64,000 bases of DNA, from positions 64,001 to 128,000 of the forward strand of contig JBBRPR010000006.1 in the NCBI GenBank assembly GCA_038227875.1, given 5' to 3'. Positions within the stretch are counted from its first letter, which is position 1. Every line of letters begins with the position of its first letter. Position numbers and translations under genes: made by a program. Shown here one piece after another: positions 20,891 to 29,242 of this stretch. The notes beneath the pieces were generated by a model. The model worked only from the letters and a program-made list of their open reading frames with translations. It was not told the DNA's origin and ran no database searches. This DNA comes from Planctomycetota bacterium. GTDB taxonomy: Bacteria; Planctomycetota; SZUA-567; H5-PLA8.

Positions 20891-22408
20891 ATGCTTCAGC
20901 TTGATGGAAATTCACTGCGTTGGCAGGACGTCGTCGCCGTGGCGCGCGGCTCGGAAACCGCGGCGCTGCACGCCGACGCTCGCACGCGCATGCTGGCTTC
21001 GCGCAAGATCGTTGAAGACCACGTCGCCGCCGGGGACGTGGTCTACGGAGTGACCACGGGGTTTGGCAAATTCGCGCAGATTGCCATTCCGCCTGAACAC
21101 CGTGCAGAATTGCAACGCAATCTCGTCCGCAGCCACGCGGCCGGCGTCGGCGATCCGCTTCCGACGGATGTCGTGCGCGGAATGTTGCTGCTCCGCGCCA
21201 ATGCTCTGGCCAAGGGAGCCAGCGGGGTGCGGCCGATTCTCGTCGATACGCTGCTGGAACTGCTGAACAAACGCGTCCATCCGATCATTCCGCAAGTCGG
21301 CTCGCTGGGCGCGTCCGGAGATCTCGCGCCGCTGGCGCATCTGGCGCTGGTGTTGATCGGCGAAGGCGAAGCCGAGTTTATGGGCCGACGGATTACCGGC
21401 AAAGACGCGTTGCGCGAAGCCGGCATCCGTCCGCTGGCGCTCGAAGCCAAAGAAGGCCTGGCGCTGCTGAACGGCACGCAGGCCATGACGTCCATGGCCG
21501 TGCTGCTGCGCGAAGACGGCGGGCGGCTCTGTGCGCTGGCTGATGTCTGCGGCGCGCTATCGATCGACGCGACGCTCTCCAGCCGCGCGCCGTGCGAGGA
21601 GGCGCTACATCTCTTGCGTCCCTACCCTGGCGCGCTGGCGACAGCGAAGAACATCCGCACGCTGCTGGAAAACTCAGCGATTCTCGCCTCGCACGCGCAC
21701 TGCAAGCGCGTGCAGGATCCATACTCGTTGCGCTGCATTCCGCAGGTTCACGGCGCGGCACGCGATGCGCTGACGCATGCCGAGGAGATGCTCGCGATCG
21801 AAATCAACGCCGCGACCGACAACCCGCTGGTTCTCAGCGACGGCCGGGTGCTCAGCGGCGGCAATTTTCACGGCCAGCCGATTGCCATCCGCCTCGATTA
21901 CATGGCGCTGGCGCTCCACGAGCTGGGTTCGATCTCGGAACGGCGCGTCGACTGGATCATGAATCCCAATCTCACCGACCTGCCGGCGTTTCTCGCGCCG
22001 GTGGAAGGTCTGCATTCCGGCTACATGATCGCGCAGTACACGTCCGCCGCGCTGGTCACCGAGAACAAGACGCTCTGTGGGCCGGCGTCGGCGAGTTCCA
22101 TTCCGGTCAGCGGCAACCAGGAAGATCACAACTCGATGGGCATGACCTCGGCGTTGCACGCGCGGAGCATCCTGGAAAATGTGCGAACGATTCTCGCCAT
22201 CGAAATTCTTTGCGCGGCGCAGGCGATTCATTTGAGAAAAGCGGCGACCGGGCGTGGCTTGCAGCCGTTGATCGACGTGCTTCGCAGAGACGTGCCGCCG
22301 CTCACAGAAGACCGCGTCGTCTCGACGGACATCGAGAATGTACGGAAGCTGATCGTCTCCGGCGCGCTGCTCAACGCCGCTGAAGGCGCGGTCGGAACGT
22401 TGGACTAA
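20891..22408 (+). CDS. hutH: Histidine ammonia-lyase
   Basis: YGVTTGFG, RSHAAG (the SH pair typical of HAL), MIO-forming GASGDLAPL, QDPYSLRC, SGGNFHG, NQEDHNSMG. Confidence 0.95.
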   Translation: MLQLDGNSLRWQDVVAVARGSETAALHADARTRMLASRKIVEDHVAAGDVVYGVTTGFGKFAQIAIPPEHRAELQRNLVRSHAAGVGDPLPTDVVRGMLLLRANALAKGASGVRPILVDTLLELLNKRVHPIIPQVGSLGASGDLAPLAHLALVLIGEGEAEFMGRRITGKDALREAGIRPLALEAKEGLALLNGTQAMTSMAVLLREDGGRLCALADVCGALSIDATLSSRAPCEEALHLLRPYPGALATAKNIRTLLENSAILASHAHCKRVQDPYSLRCIPQVHGAARDALTHAEEMLAIEINAATDNPLVLSDGRVLSGGNFHGQPIAIRLDYMALALHELGSISERRVDWIMNPNLTDLPAFLAPVEGLHSGYMIAQYTSAALVTENKTLCGPASASSIPVSGNQEDHNSMGMTSALHARSILENVRTILAIEILCAAQAIHLRKAATGRGLQPLIDVLRRDVPPLTEDRVVSTDIENVRKLIVSGALLNAAEGAVGTLD

Positions 22409-22998
22409 ACATTTTTCCGTTTGTCGGTGTAGTGCCGCTGAATCGCGAAGACCGTGAATCCCGCCATGTCGTGTACGCCATGCACGATCAACGAAACCAG
22501 CAGCGAGCCGGACCAGAGAAATACGCCGCCCAGAAGCGCACCCTCCCAGATCGCCCAGATTGTGTAAATGCGCAGGCGCGGCCGAGCAGGAATCATGTGA
22601 ACCAGGCCGAAAATTACCGCGGTGATCGCCAGCGCCGCAGGGGCGCCAATAACCGCAAGCGTTGCTTGAATGAAGACGCCGCGAAAAAGCAGCTCTTCGG
22701 AACTGGCCATCACGCCACCGGCGAGAATTTCAAGCGCGCCTTGCGGGCGGAAGTACTCCGCCAGCTCTTCGTGACGATCCAGATATTTTCTCCGCAGGAT
22801 CAGCAGCAGCGAAATATGCAGGAGGCCGTCGCTGGCTCCGATCGTGGCAATGCCAATGGCGATGTTCCGGAGCGTGTTCGGCTCAAACTCGAGATCCCAT
22901 TCCAAACCGAGGGCTCGCTTCAACGCCAGCGATGCGGCCACGAACAGTGCCGTGACGAGCAGCGTGAGCATCAGGTGATTCTTGATTTTGAACAGCAT
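22405..22998 (-). CDS. CPBP/Abi-family intramembrane metalloprotease
   Basis: EELLFRG, FGLVH, HGVHD. Confidence 0.9.
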   Translation of the reverse strand: MLFKIKNHLMLTLLVTALFVAASLALKRALGLEWDLEFEPNTLRNIAIGIATIGASDGLLHISLLLILRRKYLDRHEELAEYFRPQGALEILAGGVMASSEELLFRGVFIQATLAVIGAPAALAITAVIFGLVHMIPARPRLRIYTIWAIWEGALLGGVFLWSGSLLVSLIVHGVHDMAGFTVFAIQRHYTDKRKNV

Positions 22999-23004
22999 CG
23001 CGGG

Positions 23005-24306
23005 CTACTCCCAGGCCATCATGACCAGGGTCGCGCCGATCAGTGGAATATTTTTGGTCAATGGACCGAAGGGATGAAACCACAGCTCCGGCATGCGCAG
23101 CGTCAGGATTCCCATGAAGCCGAACATCAGGAGCAGTTGAATCGCGCCCATCAGCCAGATGCGGATGCCGAACACGGTCAGCAAGCCGATGATGATTTCA
23201 AAGATGCTCGTACCGTACATCAGCGCTGAGGCCAGCGTGCCAGTGATGCCAATCTGATCCAGCAGTTGCAAGCCCTGCGCTGGCGAGATGAACGCCGAGA
23301 CCACGCCCGTCGCGATCCAAATGAACGCAATCGTCAGACGCAACGGCAGCCGCCACGGATTCATCCGCGCGTTCCAGACATCCTGCTGCGAAAGCGGTCG
23401 GCGCGCGATGCCTTCTTCGAACGCGAGCGGCTGAAAACCGAAGCGCTCCACAAACAGGCGCTCCTGTTCGCCGGAGCAGAAATTACCGCGCTGCAGCATA
23501 GCCAACTCTTCGCCCGTGATCGGGCCGTGCCCGCCGCAAAGGTCCGTGAATCCCGCCACCATTTTCATCACCGCCAGCGGCACGTGGATCTTCGTCGCGC
23601 TTGCCTTGCCCAGTCGTCGCGCCAGCACGTCCAGCATCTCATCGAATGAGAGCGCGTGAGCTCCACCAATATCTTGAACGATGTTTTTGAGCGCCGGGTT
23701 CTCGAGTGCCGCGACCACTGCGCGCACGACATCCGCGACGTGAACCGGTTGCACGCGGTACTTTCCGTCGCCCGGCACCGCCGTCACCGGCTGCGCGGCG
23801 AGGGAGAGAAAAAACGCCATCGATTCATCCTGCGGACCGTAGACGAACGACGGACGCAAAACGGCGAACGTCGTCACCGTGTTTGCCGCGCATTTTTCAA
23901 CGAGAAACTGATCCGCGGCGCGTTTGGTGCGATGGTATTGGCTGGCGGCCTGTTCATCGGCGCCGAGCGCGCTGACCTGGACGATCTTCTTCATGCCGCC
24001 AGTTAACGCCGCCGTGAAGAGTGCGATAGGCGAGAGCTGGTGGACCTGCTCAAAACTGGCAGATGCTGTTTCACGAATGATTCCGACCGCGTTCACCACC
24101 GCGTCGTGACCGGCGATAGTCGACAGCCACGTCTCCGGGCGCGTGAATTCGCCTTCCACCACGCTGCAACCCGGCAGCGCCATCGCGCGAATGTGTGCCG
24201 CGGAACGGCCACGCAGTAAACACGTCACCTGATGACCGCGCTCGACCAGCGCGTTCAACACGTGCCCGCCGATGAAACCAGAAGCGCCGGTCAGGAAAAT
24301 TTTCAT
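23005..24306 (-). CDS. NAD-dependent epimerase/atypical SDR fused to a DoxX-like membrane domain
   Basis: TGASGFIG, VSALGA, YHRTK, QPVHV; C-terminal WFHPFGPLTKN with 4 TM helices. Confidence 0.9.
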   Translation of the reverse strand: MKIFLTGASGFIGGHVLNALVERGHQVTCLLRGRSAAHIRAMALPGCSVVEGEFTRPETWLSTIAGHDAVVNAVGIIRETASASFEQVHQLSPIALFTAALTGGMKKIVQVSALGADEQAASQYHRTKRAADQFLVEKCAANTVTTFAVLRPSFVYGPQDESMAFFLSLAAQPVTAVPGDGKYRVQPVHVADVVRAVVAALENPALKNIVQDIGGAHALSFDEMLDVLARRLGKASATKIHVPLAVMKMVAGFTDLCGGHGPITGEELAMLQRGNFCSGEQERLFVERFGFQPLAFEEGIARRPLSQQDVWNARMNPWRLPLRLTIAFIWIATGVVSAFISPAQGLQLLDQIGITGTLASALMYGTSIFEIIIGLLTVFGIRIWLMGAIQLLLMFGFMGILTLRMPELWFHPFGPLTKNIPLIGATLVMMAWE

Positions 24307-24335
24307 AAATGCCTTGGCTGAAACCCGTGCGCGCT

Positions 24336-25889
24336 TCAGTTCGCGCCGTCGGAGCCGGAGACCGCCCCGTCGTCAGCCTTGCCCGGTTCCTCCGGTTTCG
24401 GCTTTGGTGCGTCCGTGGGCAACTCGACGTGCTCCGGCGAATCTTTCGGATCGTCGACAGGCTGAGCCGCAGGCGCCTCTTCCGTCTTGGGCTCCTCGTG
24501 TTCAGGATGCGTCGTCGGAGCGGCCTCAGGCTCAGCAGGCTCAGCAGGCTCATCCGCCTTGGGAGCGACCTCCACAGAGCCCGATTCCTGAACCGTGTCC
24601 CCCGCCCCCTCAACACGCGTCGTGCTCGTTGGCGCGGCAGGCTCATCCACCTTCGAAGCACTCTCTCCGGAAACTGAACCCTCGCCGCTTGCGGCGCTCT
24701 CGGCGCTGTCCGGGCTGACGGCGGTCGGCGGCAACGTGGGCACCGGCTGTGCTTCGAGCGGAAGGTTGTCGTCGCGGACCTTACCGTCGCGGCTCTGTTC
24801 GAAACGTTCGCTGATCGCATCGGCGGCGGCGAGAATCGCGTCGATGCGGCGCCCGATTTCGTGCTCTTCGGCGTCGATTTCTTCCAGATCTTCCGGCTTG
24901 AGCACGCCCTCGAAGCGCGGCTTGGCCTGGCGGCGCGTGAACATCGGCTTGCCGCCTTCGGCCAGCATTTTTGCGTCCTGCTCGGCCTTCGATTTCAGCG
25001 CGTCCTGCTCAGCGGCCTCGGCTGCGGCAGCCTGTTCGCGCGATGCGGCTTCCGCTTCGCCTTCGTTGGCGGAATTCACATCGATTACGCCGAATTCCGA
25101 CGCCTGGCTCAGCCGCACCGCGCGGCGGCGCGTCAGTTCCAGCAGTGCAACAAACGTTGCGGCGATGTCGGCGCGGTCGAGCGGGTCGGCGATCAACTCG
25201 ATAAAGCGAGCGAAGGGGCGCGACTTGAGCATCGTTTCGATGCGCGAGATCTTCGCCTCGATCGATTCGCCGGAGTATTCGATGCGCCGTGGCGTCTGCG
25301 CCAGTACGGCTTTCATCGTCCGTTCGTACGCGGAGAAGAGACCGAAGAGATCCAGCTCCAGCAGCGCTTCCTTGGCCGTGGCGCGGTCTTCGTCGGGATT
25401 TTCCGTGTCCGGCTCGTCGGGAATATCGCCGAAGAAACCGCGCGGCCGGTGCTGCTGCCATTCTTCCTGCAGCGTTTCGAGCGTTCGGGCCTGATCTTTG
25501 AGCTGCCGGTATTGCAGGAGTTGGCGGACGAGTTCCGAGCGCGGGTCTTCGATGATCTCTTCGGCTTCGCCGGCCGTTTCCTGCACCGGCAGCAGCTCGC
25601 GGCTCTTGATTTCCATCAAGGTCGCGGCCATCACCAGGAATTCGCCGGCCAGCTGCAAATCCCACTGCGGCGCGCCGTCAAGGAAGCGCAGGTACTGTTC
25701 CAGGATCAGCGCGATGGGGATTTCGGTGATCTCAACTTCGTTTTCTTTGATCAGATAGAGCAGCAGATCCAGCGGACCCTGGAAGGCATCCAGCGTCGCG
25801 GAAAAATCGATGCGGTTACCCACGGGCGTTCTTGGCGCCGGTGGCCCAAGAGCCTCGGAAGCAGACGGAGCATCGGTTGAATCGGACAT
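24336..25889 (-). CDS. scpA: Segregation/condensation protein A (kleisin) with a long acidic C-terminal extension
   Basis: FQGPLDLLLYLIK, AGEFLVMAATLMEIKSRELLP, DPRSELVRQLLQY, TFVALLEL...QASEFG. Confidence 0.92.
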   Translation of the reverse strand: MSDSTDAPSASEALGPPAPRTPVGNRIDFSATLDAFQGPLDLLLYLIKENEVEITEIPIALILEQYLRFLDGAPQWDLQLAGEFLVMAATLMEIKSRELLPVQETAGEAEEIIEDPRSELVRQLLQYRQLKDQARTLETLQEEWQQHRPRGFFGDIPDEPDTENPDEDRATAKEALLELDLFGLFSAYERTMKAVLAQTPRRIEYSGESIEAKISRIETMLKSRPFARFIELIADPLDRADIAATFVALLELTRRRAVRLSQASEFGVIDVNSANEGEAEAASREQAAAAEAAEQDALKSKAEQDAKMLAEGGKPMFTRRQAKPRFEGVLKPEDLEEIDAEEHEIGRRIDAILAAADAISERFEQSRDGKVRDDNLPLEAQPVPTLPPTAVSPDSAESAASGEGSVSGESASKVDEPAAPTSTTRVEGAGDTVQESGSVEVAPKADEPAEPAEPEAAPTTHPEHEEPKTEEAPAAQPVDDPKDSPEHVELPTDAPKPKPEEPGKADDGAVSGSDGAN

Positions 25890-25892
25890 GCG

Positions 25893-26042
25893 CTAAAGAG
25901 TACAAACGCGCGAAGGAGAATCCAGTGTAACTGTATCGCGGCTTCCAGCCGGCGAAGTCCGGGCTGGCGGTGCGCGCTCTTTCTTCAATTCGTCGAGCGG
26001 CGTGAACACCTCCCGGAAATAGGGGCGTTTGATCTCGCTCAT
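25893..26042 (-). CDS. Small hypothetical protein (49 aa) upstream of scpA
   Basis: ATG-started ORF whose stop lies 3 nt before the scpA start. No recognisable motif. Confidence 0.3.
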   Translation of the reverse strand: MSEIKRPYFREVFTPLDELKKERAPPARTSPAGSRDTVTLDSPSRVCTL

Positions 26043-26342
26043 AAGCAGCGTTCGTTCCGCAAAGTTCGATGCACGGACTAAGGACAACCTCGAAGTCCCA
26101 TCCGTAGTGTTCGCCTAATTTCAAGCCCGAGCGCGATTTAGAGGATTATCATATTTTGATCGATTTGATCGAATTTTATTGATTGCTACGTTGTTTAGAG
26201 GTACAGTTCGTTCGATTTGAACGCTTATCTAAAATGAGAAGCTTCACTCGAAGCAGGACTGACAGCCACCGGTGTGTGCCGCGGCTGAAGTAGAACGAAC
26301 TCTCCATTGGGAGTGGAGAGTTCCACATTTCATGGAGGAAAG

Positions 26343-26822
26343 ATGAACAAGTACATCGTTGCAGGCGTAATGTGTGCGTTGATGTTCGTGACCGGAATTT
26401 CGCGGGCTGAGGACGCGAAGGATATTGTCGACACGGCCGTGGCCGCCGGCTCGTTCAAGACGCTCGTCGCCGCCGTCAAGGCCGCGGGATTAGTCGATAC
26501 TTTAAAGGGGAAAGGTCAGCTGACCGTTTTCGCGCCGACCGACGAAGCGTTCGCGAAACTTCCCGCCGGAACCGTGGACGATCTGTTGAAGCCGGAGAAC
26601 AAGGAAAAGCTGGTGAAGATACTGACCTATCACGTGGTCGAAGGCAAAGTGTTCGCCGCTGATGTGGCGAAGCTGAAGGAAGCCAAGACGGTGAACGGCA
26701 AGGCCGTGGCGGTGAAAGCCGAAAACGGCGCCGTGACGATCGACGCTGCGAAAGTGACCAAGGCGGACATTTCATGCAGCAACGGCGTCATTCACGTCAT
26801 CGACACCGTGCTGATGCCGTAA
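26343..26822 (+). CDS. Secreted fasciclin (FAS1) domain protein
   Basis: Signal peptide, [36 protein letters not shown]. Confidence 0.95.
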   Translation: MNKYIVAGVMCALMFVTGISRAEDAKDIVDTAVAAGSFKTLVAAVKAAGLVDTLKGKGQLTVFAPTDEAFAKLPAGTVDDLLKPENKEKLVKILTYHVVEGKVFAADVAKLKEAKTVNGKAVAVKAENGAVTIDAAKVTKADISCSNGVIHVIDTVLMP

Positions 26823-26844
26823 GCACTGCAGTTGAGCGGAAAAG

Positions 26845-26875
26845 AACTCCCCGCGCAAAACGCGGGGAGTTTTTA
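26845..26875. terminator. Rho-independent terminator, probably bidirectional
   Basis: aactccccgcg-caaaa-cgcggggagtt followed by a T-run, between convergent genes. Confidence 0.85.
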
Positions 26876-26878
26876 TTT

Positions 26879-29023
26879 CTACTGCTTTATTCGAAACAGC
26901 CCCACGTTCCCTGCCCAGAGTTCCGACGTCTCCGGATTGAAGCGCAGAACCAGCGGTTTGCGGTAGGGGATGTCGCCGGTGATCTCCGTCCACGTCGCGC
27001 CACCGTCGATCGTCTTGAAAATTCCGCCCGTTCCGCCACCCCACGACACGCGCGAGATCCAGATGGTCTTCTCGTCCTTCGGATGCAGTTCCAGACCGAC
27101 AATGGTGTTGCCGTCTTTGAAGTCCGAAATTTTCTTCCACGTCGCGCCGTGGTCGGTGCTGTGCCAGAGGTTGTTGCCGGAGCAGTAGACTTCTCCCGTG
27201 GCGGAAACGATGAGATTGAACACCCACGGTTCGTCTTTCATGATCAGCGTCCACGATTCGCCGCCGTCTTCGCTGCGATAGAGGCCGCCATTGGGACCGC
27301 ACGCGCCCCAGAAGATGCGCTGCGGTTCGGTCGGATCGACCATCAAGCCGTAGAACATGCGCCGGCTGCCCGGCTGGTGGGCGAGCTGCTTCCACGTCAT
27401 CCCGCCGTCGATGGACTTGAAGACGCCGCCGCCGGTCAGGTTATGTTCCGGATCGGGATCGCCGTCGATGCCCAGGTACAGCACGAGCGGATTTTTCGGA
27501 TCGGCGGACAGGGCGCGAGCGAAGCCATCGCCCCACATCGTATTTTTCTTGGGGCGGTCCTTGGGCAGACCGTCGAGAGAGGTCTTGAAGGTCTTGCCGC
27601 CGTCGTTGCTGATCGCGAGCTTGTTCAGCGGCGCGTCCCACGCGGAGACAGTGGCGACGATATGCGTGACGCCATCGGCCTTCCATGGAATCACGCGCCA
27701 GTGGTGGCCGCTGGTGCCGGCGATGTACTTCAGCGGGAACAACTGCTTCCATGTCGCGCCGTTGTCGGCGCTGCTGAGCAGACCTTCATCCATCACGGTC
27801 ACGTAGGTGGTGCCGTCCAGAAAGCGAATGTCGGTAATGCAGGAAATGTCGGCGCCGCGATCGCGTTCTTCCCACGTCTGCCCGCCGTCGGCGCTGTACG
27901 CCAGCCGCCAGTTTCCGGCCGCGTACAGTTCCTGCCCGTTGTTGGGATTGATGGCGATATTCGTCATGGCGCTCAGGTTCGTGAATCCGCCGCCGCCTTC
28001 CTGCGGCAGCGTGGGATTGCCTTCGGGGTCCAGCTTCAGTTTATTGATATTCGCCCACGTCTTGCCGCCGTCGGTCGAGCGGAACACGTTGCCGCCCCAG
28101 CCGGTTGTCGCCAGCGCGCAGACCAAATCAGGATTCTTGGGGTCGACGACGATTTCCATCGGCGAACTTTTCGCATCGAGGCCCGTTCCCGCAACGGCCC
28201 AGGTCTGGCCGTGATCCGCGGACTTCCAGACGCCGTCCTTGCCGCAGGCCGCATAGATGATTGCATCGTCACTCGGTGCGAACGTAGCGTGTTTCACATT
28301 CTTCGGCACGCCGGCCGCGGGCGTCCACGTTTCGCCGCCGTCGGCGCTTATCAGCAGGCTCGCGTTGTTCGTGGCGGCCAGCAGCGCCTTGCTATTCTTT
28401 GGTGAGATCGCGACAGAGTAAACAATGCTGCCTTTGTCTTTCAGCTCGTACAGTTTCTTCCACGTCGCGCCGCTATCGGTGCTCTTGTAGATCAGTCCGT
28501 GCGGCGTTCCGGCCAGCAGTTCGCTGGTCTGTGGATCGACGGCCAGCGCGCGGACGCTCTTGCCGCGATCGGCGAAGACCGCCTGCGCTTTCAGGCCGGT
28601 GCTGGGAAGAAATACCCAGTGATCGCCGCAGTCGGTGCTCTTGCAGATTCCGGCGGTTGTGACGGTGTAAACGGTATCCGGATTCTTGGCGTCCGTGGCA
28701 ATGGAATAGACCGCGTACTCGTTGATTCCGTTGTTGATCAGGCGAAAGTGTTTGCCGTGGTCGTCGGATCGGCACATGCCGTCGACGTCACCGCCGAGAT
28801 AGATCACGCCATCCTTGGTGGGATGAAACGCGCACGCCCAGAAGTAGCCGCCACCACCCCACCCCGCCGCTTGCCAGGACGGTGCGGCAGCCGCAGCAGC
28901 AGGAGTCGGAGCAGTAGTGGCAACGGGCGCATCTTCGGCACGGATTGACCCGCACGCGGCCACGAGAACGAACAGAACTGGAACAGCAGTGCGGAGGGTC
29001 TGTTTTTTCAAGAGCTTATCCAC
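26879..29023 (-). CDS. Secreted BNR/Asp-box beta-propeller protein (GH74/VPS10-like)
   Basis: Many SxDxGxTW repeats, GGGG...GGDVDG N-terminal motif, signal peptide. Confidence 0.85.
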   Translation of the reverse strand: MDKLLKKQTLRTAVPVLFVLVAACGSIRAEDAPVATTAPTPAAAAAAPSWQAAGWGGGGYFWACAFHPTKDGVIYLGGDVDGMCRSDDHGKHFRLINNGINEYAVYSIATDAKNPDTVYTVTTAGICKSTDCGDHWVFLPSTGLKAQAVFADRGKSVRALAVDPQTSELLAGTPHGLIYKSTDSGATWKKLYELKDKGSIVYSVAISPKNSKALLAATNNASLLISADGGETWTPAAGVPKNVKHATFAPSDDAIIYAACGKDGVWKSADHGQTWAVAGTGLDAKSSPMEIVVDPKNPDLVCALATTGWGGNVFRSTDGGKTWANINKLKLDPEGNPTLPQEGGGGFTNLSAMTNIAINPNNGQELYAAGNWRLAYSADGGQTWEERDRGADISCITDIRFLDGTTYVTVMDEGLLSSADNGATWKQLFPLKYIAGTSGHHWRVIPWKADGVTHIVATVSAWDAPLNKLAISNDGGKTFKTSLDGLPKDRPKKNTMWGDGFARALSADPKNPLVLYLGIDGDPDPEHNLTGGGVFKSIDGGMTWKQLAHQPGSRRMFYGLMVDPTEPQRIFWGACGPNGGLYRSEDGGESWTLIMKDEPWVFNLIVSATGEVYCSGNNLWHSTDHGATWKKISDFKDGNTIVGLELHPKDEKTIWISRVSWGGGTGGIFKTIDGGATWTEITGDIPYRKPLVLRFNPETSELWAGNVGLFRIKQ

Positions 29024-29184
29024 CTGAAGAGTTGTCGTATCATCGAAAACAAAACGCAGTCCTTTCTAGATACACCCTTTAAAGGCTACCTGCGAATGGA
29101 ACCCTGACGATGAAGCTGAAAACTTTACAAGTTGACCACCGGTGGGACAGCTCGGTTTGGACTAGCAACTGCGCGTCTCAAAAC

Positions 29185-29219
29185 GAAAACACGGATGCGC
29201 TTTAAGCATCCGTGTTTTC
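29185..29219. terminator. Probable terminator hairpin downstream of the 900-aa glycoside hydrolase gene
   Basis: gaaaacacggatgc-gctttaa-gcatccgtgttttc, a 14-bp stem. Confidence 0.7.
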
Positions 29220-29242
29220 AAATTCCGTGCGGTTGCCCGAGT

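Noticed and set aside
26879..29023. Recurrent ccacgt...gccgccgtc DNA repeats
   Set aside because: They are explained by the encoded Asp-box (SxDGGxTW) protein repeats.
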